A stretch of 60,265 nucleotides of DNA from an uncultured bacterium (GCA_902797575.1 CADBTL010000007.1:1-60265), one strand, 5' to 3'. Positions 47,420 through 58,037 are shown, counted from the first letter of the stretch. Numbers and translations: made by a program. Notes: a model not told the origin generated them from the letters alone.

Positions 47420-48655
47420 ATGTCAATAGATGATGCATTGGTTATGATTTTAGCCGGCGGAGAGGGAAAAAGACTATTCCCTTTGACTCAAGATAGAGCA
47501 AAACCGGCAGTTCCGTTTGGCGGAAGATATCGAATTATCGATTTTGTATTAAACAATTTTATTAACTCAGGTTTTTTTAAAATTAAAGTTTTAACACAAT
47601 ACAAATCAGATTCATTAAACAAACATATTTCAAAAGGGTGGCAGTTATCACCTTTTTTGAATCAGTATGTGGATCTTGTTCCTGCGCAAATGAGAACAGG
47701 CGGATCTTGGTATGCCGGAACCGCAGATGCTGTGTATCAAAATATTTTTCACATTCATGATGAAAATCCTGATTATGTTTGTGTATTTGGAGGTGATCAC
47801 ATTTATAAAATGGATGTGTATCAAATGCTCAAATATCATAAGGCAAAAGATGCGGATTTAACAATATCTGCTATTCCTATACCTATAGAGGAAGCTCATG
47901 AATTCGGTATTATTGAGGTCGATAGTGATTGGAAATTGACAGGCTTTGTAGAAAAACCAAAAACGCCTCCAAAACCAATACCAAATGATCCTACAAAATG
48001 TTTGGCATCAATGGGTAATTATATTTTTAACAAAGATATTTTGGTTAATGCTCTTGAAGAAGATGCAAAAATTCAAGATTCAAATCATGACTTTGGTAAA
48101 AATGTTATACCAATGTTGTTAAATCAGGGTAAAAAAGTTTATATATATAACTTTAATGAAAATACGTTTCCAGGTATGACCGATCAGGAAAAAGGCTATT
48201 GGCGAGATGTGGGATGTATTGATGCATATTGGCAGGCAAATATGGACCTCTTGGATTATAAACCTGAATTAAATTTATATTCAAAAGAATGGCCATTAAG
48301 AACTTTCAATTACAATTATCCTCCTGCAAAATTTGTTTGGGAAGAAGGAGACCGTATCGGTATGGCAACAAACTCGATGGTATCAGAAGGATGTATAGTT
48401 TCAGGCGGAACTATTTCGCACTGTGTATTGTCACCTGAGGTTCGTATCAACAGTTTTTCTTCGATAACTGACAGCATTTTAATGGAAAATGTAAGCGTAG
48501 GAAGACATTCTGAAATCAGAAAAGCTATAATAGACAAAAATGTAGTGATTCCATCTTATACTAAAATCGGTGTTAATAGAGAAGAAGACATTGCTCGCGG
48601 TTTCTATGTTTCAGAAGGCGGAGTAACCGTCGTTCCTAAAAACGCAAGATTATAA
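47420..48655 (+). CDS. glgC: Glucose-1-phosphate adenylyltransferase
   Basis: ILAGGEG.RLFPLT.DRAKPAVPFGG.YRIIDF, GTADA, ASMGNYIF, DFGK, YWRDVG. Confidence 0.97.
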   Translation: MSIDDALVMILAGGEGKRLFPLTQDRAKPAVPFGGRYRIIDFVLNNFINSGFFKIKVLTQYKSDSLNKHISKGWQLSPFLNQYVDLVPAQMRTGGSWYAGTADAVYQNIFHIHDENPDYVCVFGGDHIYKMDVYQMLKYHKAKDADLTISAIPIPIEEAHEFGIIEVDSDWKLTGFVEKPKTPPKPIPNDPTKCLASMGNYIFNKDILVNALEEDAKIQDSNHDFGKNVIPMLLNQGKKVYIYNFNENTFPGMTDQEKGYWRDVGCIDAYWQANMDLLDYKPELNLYSKEWPLRTFNYNYPPAKFVWEEGDRIGMATNSMVSEGCIVSGGTISHCVLSPEVRINSFSSITDSILMENVSVGRHSEIRKAIIDKNVVIPSYTKIGVNREEDIARGFYVSEGGVTVVPKNARL

Positions 48656-48670
48656 AATTTTAAATAGGAC

Positions 48671-48713
48671 ATAAAAAGAAAGATGCTATTTTTGCGAGCA
48701 TCTTTCTTTTTAT
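48671..48713. terminator. Bidirectional terminator between glgC and the MFS gene
   Basis: ATAAAAAGAAAGATGCT...AGCATCTTTCTTTTTAT inverted repeat. Confidence 0.85.
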
Positions 48714-48758
48714 ATTCTGTAAGAATAGAGTAATTTATTGGACTCTGTTTTCTATTTG

Positions 48759-50147
48759 TTATGCTTTTTTAACTTCTTTTTTAAACAATATTAAACATAT
48801 ACCAAGTGATATTAAAGCTGATAGTATCCAGAAGTTAATTGCGCTGTTCCAAGAGAATTTGTCGATAATGTAGCCGGTTCCGACACCTGACAGAATAGAA
48901 CCGATATAACCAAACATTCCGCAGAAACCTGTAACTGCAGAAGCAACTTTCTTAGAACTTGATTCTACAGCAGATAGTCCGCCAATTAAAACTTGAGGTC
49001 CGCAAGTAAATACACCTATTGCAGAAACATAAACGTAATCTAAGAGCGGAGTTTGGTTAACTTTAAATAAATATACGCAAATAGCTAAAAGTACCAAACA
49101 TATAATATTAACAGGTGATCTTTTTCCATTAAATAATTTGTCAGAAACAAAACCTGCTCCTATTGTTCCCAGTACTCCGACTAATGGCAGAAAACTTATA
49201 ATTTTTGCAGCTTCAGCTATTGTATAATGTTTCATGTCAACTTGATACATAACAAGCCAGTCAATTGTACCGTATCTTACAACATATACAAAAATATAAG
49301 CGATAGCAAGAAGCCAAACTGTCGGATTTTTAATAATATATTTTTTGAAAATATCCGAATATGTATAACCGTCTTCTTCATCTTTTTCTTTTGCAGGTTC
49401 TACATAATCAGGATCTTTATATTTTTCAATATCAGGTAAACCGATACTAACAGGTTTATCCTGAAGATTTTTATAGAAGAAATAGCAGAATATGATTGCA
49501 AAAATTGCCGGAACATAGAATACTGATTCCCAACCGTAATGAGTAATCAAATATCCTGAAAGAATCATACTTATATATGTGCCGATTTCGTGTGATGATG
49601 ACCATAATGACCACTTTACACCGCGTTCCTTATTTGAAAACCAATACGATAGATTTTTAGCAATCGGCGGGAAGCCCATTGATTGAAACCACCCGTTTAC
49701 ACCCCAGAAAAATGCTAAAATCCATAAAAGAATTGATATAGGAGGTAATCCGAAAAACGTTATTTCTTTAGGAACAAAATGAGCGCATACAACAAATAAA
49801 ATATTAACTAAAGCTGAAATAAACAATGCTGTAGGCAATATTCTTTTAGCATTTGTATTATCCGCAATGATACCGTTTATAAATTTTCCGGCTGCATAAG
49901 AAAAATAAAGCGAGCTTCCTAATAAACCAAGTTCAAGTTTGCTGTATCCTAAAGCTTCTTGTATAGCAGGAAGAGCTACCGATATATTCTTTCTGCAAGT
50001 ATAAAAAATTATGTATCCGAAAAACATTGATAAAAATATTCTCATTCTCCACATAGCATATGTTTTATCAACCAATGCGGAATCAGTAATCGGTTCTGCA
50101 GGTTCAGGCTCTCTGTAAAAACGCTTAATTGAATCTATAAATTTCAT
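48759..50147 (-). CDS. MFS organophosphate:phosphate antiporter (GlpT/UhpC/UhpT family)
   Basis: Y..RKN, NGWFQSMG.PP, WFS..ERG..WS.WS.SH, P.S.GLP, R....DW; about 12 TMs. Confidence 0.9.
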   Translation of the reverse strand: MKFIDSIKRFYREPEPAEPITDSALVDKTYAMWRMRIFLSMFFGYIIFYTCRKNISVALPAIQEALGYSKLELGLLGSSLYFSYAAGKFINGIIADNTNAKRILPTALFISALVNILFVVCAHFVPKEITFFGLPPISILLWILAFFWGVNGWFQSMGFPPIAKNLSYWFSNKERGVKWSLWSSSHEIGTYISMILSGYLITHYGWESVFYVPAIFAIIFCYFFYKNLQDKPVSIGLPDIEKYKDPDYVEPAKEKDEEDGYTYSDIFKKYIIKNPTVWLLAIAYIFVYVVRYGTIDWLVMYQVDMKHYTIAEAAKIISFLPLVGVLGTIGAGFVSDKLFNGKRSPVNIICLVLLAICVYLFKVNQTPLLDYVYVSAIGVFTCGPQVLIGGLSAVESSSKKVASAVTGFCGMFGYIGSILSGVGTGYIIDKFSWNSAINFWILSALISLGICLILFKKEVKKA

Positions 50148-50398
50148 TATTTCATCTTCCCCTATATATCCTATATTGATATTATCTCACAAAAATGGTA
50201 AATATTTGCAAAACGACTTCCTATTCTTTTAAAAAGATAGCAGTCAATATTGATTCTTTGCGTATACCAACGCATATTAGTGTCCAATAAAAAATTTTGC
50301 AAGCAAAGTGTCCTCTACCAACCGGAGAATATGTATGGGTGGAAATTTACCCTCGGTTTTGCACCTTTACCCCTAGATTTATCCCTAGATTTAACCCA

Positions 50399-51052
50399 TT
50401 ATCCCTGTCTGTCAAATCTATTTCGGAGGTCTTGATGAAAATCTTTGATGTTATCACCGATATCCTCGCCAAAGTCTTTGATGTTATTTCCGAGGTTCTT
50501 GATGTTGTTTATGTCTGTTGCATTATATACAATATCAAGTTTTGAAGGTTTGCCATATGTTTCACCTTCATATAATTTCGGTTTTACAAGGCCCCATTCT
50601 TGGAACTTTTCACTTGCCGGCATTGAAAAATATGGTGATATAAATCTTTTGATTACGTATTGACATAATATAACTGATAACAGCGCTGTAGAACCTTTTA
50701 CCAATCCGGATTTGTGTTTTAGTAATGTTGAAACAGCCTTATTATCTGAATCGGCCAGTCTTTGATCTAAATTTTTGAAGAAGTGTTTCATAAATTTAGC
50801 ATCTGCCATTTTTGTCATTGCAGCTTCTATCGGCTTAACTGCTAAAAGTTGTAAAGCTATATTTATAATACCATTTGCTAAGTCATAGTTAGCAACGTCA
50901 GCTCTTTTTTCCGGAGTGTATTTTTTATTTCTTCTTGCAGTTGAAGTATACATTACGCAGCCTACTGCATCTTTTAAGATTAGTGATGTCGCAAAATAAG
51001 TTGTAGGTGACAGGTTTGTCATTTTTTGCCAGATTTTATTTACTGAACTCAT
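50399..51052 (-). CDS. Hypothetical membrane-associated protein
   Basis: Coupled to the upstream ORF (4-nt overlap); three hydrophobic segments; NIKD/N repeats at the C-terminus. Confidence 0.7.
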   Translation of the reverse strand: MSSVNKIWQKMTNLSPTTYFATSLILKDAVGCVMYTSTARRNKKYTPEKRADVANYDLANGIINIALQLLAVKPIEAAMTKMADAKFMKHFFKNLDQRLADSDNKAVSTLLKHKSGLVKGSTALLSVILCQYVIKRFISPYFSMPASEKFQEWGLVKPKLYEGETYGKPSKLDIVYNATDINNIKNLGNNIKDFGEDIGDNIKDFHQDLRNRFDRQG

Positions 51053-52362
51053 GCGCTCACCTTCACTTTCTGACCTTCAGTTTGCTCTTGTATAGCTTGC
51101 TTTTGTGCTTGTTTTCTTTCAGCTTCTTCTTTTCTTGCAAGTTTAATTCCGTCTACAAAGTCAGCAAACTTAGGATGAAGCCAATTCAAAGCTGTACAAC
51201 TTACTGCAACCATAAACAAGTTTGTAACGAGGGTAAACCAGAATATCTTATTGCCGTGAACTTTTTGTGCAGCTGCGGCTTTTGTTTCAACAAACTTCTT
51301 AAATTTAGCAGCTTTGTCTTCTAAAATTCCAGGATTATCTTGCTGTAATAGTTCCAATCCTTTTTCTTTTGCAAATGCTTTTTGTGCATCACCAAGTTTT
51401 TTGAGCTTTTTATTGCTGAACCCCATTGATTTAACAATACTGTCAAACCAACTCAATTTTGCATCTTTTTCTAATTTATCGTAATCGGCTTTAAATCTGT
51501 GTTTAGCTAAATCTTGATACTTTTCAGTTACTAAATCAAGGTTATTAATTTTAAAATCTTTTCCTTGCAAAGCAACAACCTTTTCTTCCAGAAGTTTTGT
51601 ATGTTTAGCCTCAGCCATTTTCTCAGCTATGTACTTATTACGTTTTGATTTTTTATTTGCTAATTTTCTAAGTTTTTCATCAGAGATTTCAATTCCGACT
51701 TCTTCATATTCTGATTTAAGTTTATTTATTAATTCTGCCGTTATTTTTTCTGAATCTTCTGCAATTTTAAGTTCTTCAGCCCATTCTGCTTTTAATTCTG
51801 AACTACCGCTTCCTTTTAATACTTTTTTAGCTTGTTTTTTCAAGTAATCTTTAGAGGGAACTAAGTCTCCGATGATTTCGTCTTTGAATACTTTATAGTG
51901 CTTTTTGTATGCTAAATAATCAAACAATTTTGCAATACCGAGAGTTGTGGGGAGTTGGAAACCAAAAGCTAATCCGGCAGAGATTGGCTGTCTTAATGCT
52001 TGGAAAAATTTCTTTTCTTTAGCGGCCTTTTTCTCTTCTTCTGTAGGAGCAGCTTCACCTTTTTTCTTCCCTTTTCCGGGACTCATCATGATTGCGAAAG
52101 GAGCAATTCCGCCCGTACCGACAAGTGCAATCAATGCACTTTTCATTTCGCTCTTTTCTTTCATGTTATCTGACAACTGTCTAAATAACATCCAACTGCG
52201 TTTAGTAATGTCAGAGCCTCCTTTTTTAAATGCTATTTGTTTTGGTGATACTGAATTTAAACTTTTAGCATTAAAATAAGCGGTTCTCAAACGAGCATTC
52301 GAATGACGAAGTGCGTCATTTTGGGTTAAATACACATTACTATCAACGTTTCTTACTTTCAT
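51049..52362 (-). CDS. Hypothetical membrane-associated Lys-rich protein
   Basis: Long ORF with three hydrophobic segments flanking a charged helical region. Confidence 0.75.
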   Translation of the reverse strand: MKVRNVDSNVYLTQNDALRHSNARLRTAYFNAKSLNSVSPKQIAFKKGGSDITKRSWMLFRQLSDNMKEKSEMKSALIALVGTGGIAPFAIMMSPGKGKKKGEAAPTEEEKKAAKEKKFFQALRQPISAGLAFGFQLPTTLGIAKLFDYLAYKKHYKVFKDEIIGDLVPSKDYLKKQAKKVLKGSGSSELKAEWAEELKIAEDSEKITAELINKLKSEYEEVGIEISDEKLRKLANKKSKRNKYIAEKMAEAKHTKLLEEKVVALQGKDFKINNLDLVTEKYQDLAKHRFKADYDKLEKDAKLSWFDSIVKSMGFSNKKLKKLGDAQKAFAKEKGLELLQQDNPGILEDKAAKFKKFVETKAAAAQKVHGNKIFWFTLVTNLFMVAVSCTALNWLHPKFADFVDGIKLARKEEAERKQAQKQAIQEQTEGQKVKVSA

Positions 52363-52410
52363 ACTTAGCTTCTATCTTTTCTAATACACACCTAATCGGG
52401 ACATCTACCT

Positions 52411-52444
52411 ATATATATAAAAACATAAAAAAAGATGAAATTGC
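52411..52444 (-). promoter_or_regulatory. Recurrent putative promoter motif GCAA-N22-ATATATAT
   Basis: Upstream of the 52362 ORF; same spacing as the other copies. Confidence 0.5.
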
Positions 52445-52500
52445 CTTTTTGGCTTTTTTATATTAAGTTTTGTTAAGTTTGCAAAATATCCTTGTCGAGC

Positions 52501-53190
52501 CTATCGCAGTTTCATGTCGATTAATATTTTAACTGTATTCTTTAGCAAATTTACTGCCCATTTGATTATTAAGGCTCCTCCAAACAGACCGATAATAGGA
52601 TCCAAATAAATATAGTTAAAGTATTTTCCGATAAGTAGTGCTGTGATTGCCAAAACTGAAGTCATGGCATCTGCAAGAATATGATAATATGCAGCCAAAA
52701 AGTTGTAGTCTTCAGATTCATGTTCATGCTTGTGCTCAAGATTATTACCGGAATGGACAGGGTGTATGTGTGCGCCTTCCATGATAATAATGGATAAGAT
52801 GTTTACCACAAGTCCTATAATTGCAACCAGAATTGCTTCATTAAATTGTATTTTAAGCGGAGTTATTAATCTTTCAATTGCTTCATAAATAATCCAAAAA
52901 CCTGTTAAACCAAGAAATAACGAACTTGTGTAAGCAGTTAGAGTACCGATTTTATCAGTTCCGTTCGGAAACAAATCTGAGTCATGGAATTTTCGTATTA
53001 GTATATACGCAGCATAAGTCAACCCCAAGGCAAGAGCGTGTGTACCCATATGATATCCGTCAGCCAAGAGTGCCATTGAATTTGTAATATATCCATATGT
53101 TATCTCAGCTATCATCGTGATTAATGTAAGAATTATTACGGTAAGCGTCTTTTTTTCGTTACTGTTATTAATATTTTCGTGTTCATGCAT
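52501..53190 (-). CDS. Cation diffusion facilitator (DmeF-like, lacking the C-terminal domain)
   Basis: SMALLADG.HM.TH, His-rich loop, N..AAY.H.LADA.TS, LDP. Confidence 0.88.
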   Translation of the reverse strand: MHEHENINNSNEKKTLTVIILTLITMIAEITYGYITNSMALLADGYHMGTHALALGLTYAAYILIRKFHDSDLFPNGTDKIGTLTAYTSSLFLGLTGFWIIYEAIERLITPLKIQFNEAILVAIIGLVVNILSIIIMEGAHIHPVHSGNNLEHKHEHESEDYNFLAAYYHILADAMTSVLAITALLIGKYFNYIYLDPIIGLFGGALIIKWAVNLLKNTVKILIDMKLR

Positions 53191-53339
53191 AATAATCCAG
53201 CTCCATAAAAATAACAAAGTTGTTTACAAGCGATATTCTAGCATAATTATAAAGTGTTTTTAAGTCTGTTTATAAACTTATATATTTGATTATGGTAAAC
53301 AATAATTAAAGAGTTTATGATTTTATAGGGGGTGCGTAG

Positions 53340-53669
53340 ATGAGCTCTTTAAAAGTAAAATTTGGTAAACGTTTACGGGAATTGCGCAAAAGCAAAGGGC
53401 TTACACAAGAACAGCTTGCTGAACGGGTACCTATAGAACCTCCGAACCTATCTAAAATAGAATGTGGTACACACTTTCCGCAGCCGGAAAAAATAGAAAA
53501 AATTGCAGATGCACTTGGCATTTCAATTTCAAATTTGTTTGAATTTGAACATTTAAAAGAAAAAAACGAATTATTAAAAAATATTATAGCGACACTCGAG
53601 GAGTTTGATTTAAAAACAACAGAATTAGTTTATAAAATAGTTTCTGAATTAAAGTTGTATCGTAAATGA
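53340..53669 (+). CDS. XRE-family HTH transcriptional regulator
   Basis: G.RLRELRK.KGLTQEQLAE..LSKIE.G..P..IA.AL. Confidence 0.9.
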   Translation: MSSLKVKFGKRLRELRKSKGLTQEQLAERVPIEPPNLSKIECGTHFPQPEKIEKIADALGISISNLFEFEHLKEKNELLKNIIATLEEFDLKTTELVYKIVSELKLYRK

Positions 53670-53680
53670 CAATATAATAA

Positions 53681-54568
53681 TTAGCGTTTTCTTTTGACAC
53701 GCACACCTTCAACTTCGTGCACATCTTCTGTTACAATAAATGCTTTTGGATCAAGTGAATGAACGACATCTTTAAGTTTAGGCATCTCGAATTTATTAAC
53801 AACGCAATATGTTAGTATCTTTTCTTGTCTTGAATATCCGCCCAGAGTTCGCATATATGTTACACTTGTATCAAGCTCTTTCATAATAGCGTCTCCTATT
53901 TCTCTGTGATGTTCAGATACAATTCTTACGGATTTTGATTTATCTAAACCTTCAAGTACAGCGTCGATAACCTTTGATGCTATGTAATAAGTTAAAATCG
54001 AATACAGCGCTCTATCCCAGCCTAATAAGAATCCTGCTCCTGTATATATAAAAAGATTTATAACCATAAGCAATTCGCCAACTGAAATTATTCTTAGTTT
54101 TTTTGCAATTGTAATTGAAAGCATTTCAGTTCCGTCTAATGATGCATTATTTCTAAGAATTAAGCCAACACCAAATCCCAAAATAATACCACCAAAAATA
54201 GCAGATAGTATTAAATCTTCCGTAACATGGAATCCGTGAAATACGTTTGTTGCAATTGCAAGCATGCCTGTTGCAAAAAACGTATGTATAACGAATTTAA
54301 CACCCAATTTTTTGATAGCAAGTAGAATGAAAGGTATATTAATACAAAATATAAGTAAACCCAAGTTCCATTTTGTAACGTAGTGAACCATCATTGAAAT
54401 ACCGATTACACCACCGTCTATGATATTATTTGGAAGTAAAAAAGTTTCTAATGCGGCAGCGGTAATAAATGTGCCCACTGTTATAAAAAGTGCTCTGGAT
54501 AAATATTCTTTGAATAATTCTGCTTTTGTTTTTTTGATAGGTTCAACTTTTTTTTTCCGAAAAAACAT
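53681..54568 (-). CDS. YitT family membrane protein
   Basis: PN.IIDGG..GIS, NIPF, GG...G.G.GL, SLDGTE, DP.AFI..DV.EV.G. Confidence 0.92.
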   Translation of the reverse strand: MFFRKKKVEPIKKTKAELFKEYLSRALFITVGTFITAAALETFLLPNNIIDGGVIGISMMVHYVTKWNLGLLIFCINIPFILLAIKKLGVKFVIHTFFATGMLAIATNVFHGFHVTEDLILSAIFGGIILGFGVGLILRNNASLDGTEMLSITIAKKLRIISVGELLMVINLFIYTGAGFLLGWDRALYSILTYYIASKVIDAVLEGLDKSKSVRIVSEHHREIGDAIMKELDTSVTYMRTLGGYSRQEKILTYCVVNKFEMPKLKDVVHSLDPKAFIVTEDVHEVEGVRVKRKR

Positions 54569-54608
54569 ATTTGCTCTTTTCTTTTGGGGATAATTATTAA
54601 CTAAATAA

Positions 54609-55496
54609 TTATTTCCAGCGTAAAACGTCTAATAAATTTCTATGCTTTATATCTGCTTCTTCTGTAACTTTTTTTATACCTAATATAGATTCTAGGTCTT
54701 CTTTTAATGTCTTTAAATCTTCATATTTTTTTAATAAGCCATCCATACAAATTGAAACATCACCGGTTTCTTCAGAAACAACCAAGCATGCTGCTTCCGA
54801 AACTTCTGACATTCCAATTGCAGCTCTGTGTCGTGTGCCATATTTCCAACTTAGTTTTGGATCTTCTGTTAAAGGTAAAAGAACACCGGCGGATTGTATT
54901 TTATTGTTTTCAATAACCATTGCACCATCATGAAGCGGTGTATTTGGGTGAAATATTGTTAATATAAGCTCTGTTGAAATAATTGCGTCGATTCTCGTCC
55001 CGACATCCGAATAAACTCCGTTACTTAGTCCTTTATTAAAAACTATTAAAGCTCCGGTTTTAGTTTTTGTTAAATATTTAATAGCTTCAATAATTTCTTT
55101 TATTATATCAACTTCTGTATCGTTTGCGGCATGATGATTTTTAGAAAATAATGTTTTGCCAATAAATCCGGGTTGCCCTAAATAACCTAAAAATCGTCTT
55201 AACTCCGGTTGGAAAATTACAATTAAGCTTAATGCAATTACCGTAACAAGTCCTTTAAAGAATAAGCCCAATATACTAAGGTTAATTAAAGTAAGTACTT
55301 CGCTCATTATCCACATAAAAATTAGAATAAATAAGCCTTTAACAAGTTTTTCCGATGAGGTATTCTTTATAAATCTTTGATAGAACAAAAACAATGTAGA
55401 TGCTATGATAAGTATTTCAACGATATTAACCCAAGTTAGTGACCACTTGAGCTGCCCGACTATACCTTGAATAAATGCAAGAACAGTTTCTATCAT
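54609..55496 (-). CDS. cdaA: Diadenylate cyclase CdaA/DacA
   Basis: 3 TMs, IFQPELRR, PLHDGA, GTRHRAA, VVSEETG. Confidence 0.95.
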   Translation of the reverse strand: MIETVLAFIQGIVGQLKWSLTWVNIVEILIIASTLFLFYQRFIKNTSSEKLVKGLFILIFMWIMSEVLTLINLSILGLFFKGLVTVIALSLIVIFQPELRRFLGYLGQPGFIGKTLFSKNHHAANDTEVDIIKEIIEAIKYLTKTKTGALIVFNKGLSNGVYSDVGTRIDAIISTELILTIFHPNTPLHDGAMVIENNKIQSAGVLLPLTEDPKLSWKYGTRHRAAIGMSEVSEAACLVVSEETGDVSICMDGLLKKYEDLKTLKEDLESILGIKKVTEEADIKHRNLLDVLRWK

Positions 55497-56818
55497 TATT
55501 TTCTCAACCTATCAGGGATACTATCATGCGAGATTAAATCCTCAAGACTCTCTCTATTTACTATAATATCAGATTGTGAATTATTTACAAGTACCATTGC
55601 ATTTTTTTCTACTCTATTATAATTTGATGCCATAGAATAATTATAGGCACCTGTATTATAAACGCATATTATGTCGTCAGGTTCAAGATGAGGCATCTCT
55701 ATTTCGTTAATAAGTATGTCTCCGCTTTCACAATATCTTCCTGCAATTGTAACAACTTCTTTAGGTTTTTGTGCGAGCTTTTCTATATTTATCCCTTCTG
55801 CAACATATTCAGCTTGATACATACTTGGTCTCGGATTATCAGCCATTCCTCCGTCAACAGCTATGTAACGTTTTGTTTTTCCGTTAATATTTACAGTTTT
55901 AGAGCTTCCAACAGTATATAATGTGACGCCTGAAGTAGATATAATACTTCTTCCCGGTTCGATATATATTGTCGGGATATCAGCCAAATATTTATGCATC
56001 GCTCTGGTTATCGCATCAGCCAAATCTTTCACATTAGGCGGAGTATCCTTTTCTGTGTACTTAACTCCTAAACCGCCGCCAATATTCATTTCGTCAAGAT
56101 TTAAATTATATTTTTTATTTATCCTTGAAAGTTCTTTTATTAAAATTTCGACTTCATCATAGAAAGATTGTAATTCAAATATTTGGGAACCTATATGTGC
56201 GTGTATTCCTCTTAAGTTAAGATTTTTATATTGATTAATTATAAGTTCAATAATAGAATCAATTGTATTTAAATCGAAGCCGAACTTTGAATCAATTTGT
56301 CCTGTCTGTATGTATTCATGTGTGTGGCATTCAATTCCGGGAGTTATTCTTAATAAAATATCTACTTTTTTATTTTTTTGATTTGCGATTTGATTCAATA
56401 ATTCCGCTTCATAGAAATTGTCAACGGAAAATCTTCCTACATTTAAATCCAAAGCAAGTTCTATTTCTTTTTTAGATTTATTATTTCCGTTGAATAGAAC
56501 TTTAGACATATCAACTCCGGATTTATATACGGTATAAATTTCTCCTGCCGAAACGGTATCAAATCCAAATCCTTCTTCGTCTAAAATTCTTACTATGGCA
56601 GAAGTACATAGAGCTTTTGAAGCGTACATCATTCGTATGTTTTTATATTCTTTAAACGCATTTTTGTAATCTTTGCAAATACCTCTCAGAGTTGCTTCAT
56701 CTATCACGTATAGAGGAGTCCCGTATTTTTTTGCAAGTTCCACTGTATCACATCCGCCGATAAACAAATGTTCTTTATAAGTAGTTGTAATTGGCTTTAG
56801 GGATTGATTAACGCTCAT
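55496..56818 (-). CDS. lysA: Diaminopimelate decarboxylase
   Basis: YGTPLY, YASKA, SKFG, HIGSQI, EPGR, CESGD, GAY.YSMASNYN; GAGGA SD. Confidence 0.97.
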   Translation of the reverse strand: MSVNQSLKPITTTYKEHLFIGGCDTVELAKKYGTPLYVIDEATLRGICKDYKNAFKEYKNIRMMYASKALCTSAIVRILDEEGFGFDTVSAGEIYTVYKSGVDMSKVLFNGNNKSKKEIELALDLNVGRFSVDNFYEAELLNQIANQKNKKVDILLRITPGIECHTHEYIQTGQIDSKFGFDLNTIDSIIELIINQYKNLNLRGIHAHIGSQIFELQSFYDEVEILIKELSRINKKYNLNLDEMNIGGGLGVKYTEKDTPPNVKDLADAITRAMHKYLADIPTIYIEPGRSIISTSGVTLYTVGSSKTVNINGKTKRYIAVDGGMADNPRPSMYQAEYVAEGINIEKLAQKPKEVVTIAGRYCESGDILINEIEMPHLEPDDIICVYNTGAYNYSMASNYNRVEKNAMVLVNNSQSDIIVNRESLEDLISHDSIPDRLRK

Positions 56819-56880
56819 AGAAGTATCCTCGTTTAAGTATTTACATATATATTTTACCAAAAAAATACTGTTTTCATGAG

Positions 56881-57414
56881 CTAACCTTGTATGTATTTTG
56901 TGGCAATGTACATATTCAGATATATGATACCTGTCAGGGTGAAATCAAATGCTAAAATAATACCTATGAACCAAAGAGCAGCACCGGGTATAACTACAAT
57001 GATAATCAGGCCTAAAACAAATTCTATGACAGAAAGTAATAAACACATCCACCAAAAATTTAATGTTTTTCTTGATTGTACTGAGAAAGATGATGATGAT
57101 AGGCTTTTTAGAATAAAATAAACACCAGCAAGAGATATTATTGATATTATGTCAAATCTGGGTGCAAAAAATAACATTAATCCTGTTATAAGTAATACTA
57201 ATCCGGTTATAATGTCTAAAACAAAGTGTCTGGAAATGAATCTTGACAGAATTGATGATATGACTTTGTAGCCGCCGTAAATTATAAGTGCTAAACACAT
57301 CATAAGACCGAATGATAAAGGTGTAATTTTAGGAAGAACGAGCATTCCTAAACCAAGAAATAATAATAAAGCGCCTTCTGTAAGTACAAAACTTAAAAAT
57401 CTGTTTTCTGTCAT
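56881..57414 (-). CDS. HdeD/DUF308-like membrane protein
   Basis: Six hydrophobic segments with repeated G..L..G...L..P pattern. Confidence 0.7.
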   Translation of the reverse strand: MTENRFLSFVLTEGALLLFLGLGMLVLPKITPLSFGLMMCLALIIYGGYKVISSILSRFISRHFVLDIITGLVLLITGLMLFFAPRFDIISIISLAGVYFILKSLSSSSFSVQSRKTLNFWWMCLLLSVIEFVLGLIIIVVIPGAALWFIGIILAFDFTLTGIIYLNMYIATKYIQG

Positions 57415-57527
57415 AATATTGCTCCTTTACAATAAGAATGACATTGGAACAGAATAACTTGTACGACTAAAATGGTAACTTTTACGAATGATTTTATAAA
57501 TTCATAAATTTTATAAAAAATATTAAT

Positions 57528-58013
57528 TTATGCTAAAACTTCAAAAGAGTCTGTTTTTGTTCTTAAAAGTGAAACGGCTGCTTTTGCATTTAAAAATTCA
57601 AGAGCACCCATAAAACTTTTCTTTTTAGCTAAACCGTCTCTTGCTTCTTTCATTGTATTTTGAAGCTGCATAGCAGTCATTTGTTCTTTTATAATTTTGT
57701 TTTGTGTTGTTGCGCCAGTGTACAATTCATGTTGAACAAAACCAATATTTTCATTCTTAGCAGGTTTAACCGGCTCTTTGACTTCTTCAATCGGTTTTGG
57801 AGTTTCTAAAGCAGGAACTTCATCAGTTTTAGGAGCTGCAATTTGAGAAAACGGATTGTTATTGCTGACAAATGATTCTCTTGCAATATTCATCACGTCA
57901 GCTTGTAAATCTGTTGTCATTGCTTCCGAGCGTTCTCTTGCACGTTTAAAAATCATTTCTTTTAAAGCTTCCGCTTCGCTGTGATTTACAAATGAATTGA
58001 ATTGGTAGTTCAT
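57528..58013 (-). CDS. Hypothetical protein
   Basis: GAGG SD; recurrent promoter motif upstream. Confidence 0.75.
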   Translation of the reverse strand: MNYQFNSFVNHSEAEALKEMIFKRARERSEAMTTDLQADVMNIARESFVSNNNPFSQIAAPKTDEVPALETPKPIEEVKEPVKPAKNENIGFVQHELYTGATTQNKIIKEQMTAMQLQNTMKEARDGLAKKKSFMGALEFLNAKAAVSLLRTKTDSFEVLA

Positions 58014-58037
58014 GAAAAGCCTCTTTTTAACTCTCTT

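Noticed and set aside
50250-50545. Plus-strand ORFs with repetitive translation
   Set aside because: They arise from TTTACCCC-like intergenic repeats and the antisense of the 50399 gene's repeats.
53340-53669. XRE regulator as a prophage, toxin-antitoxin or restriction-modification marker
   Set aside because: Neighbours are ordinary transport genes; no integrase, toxin or methylase.
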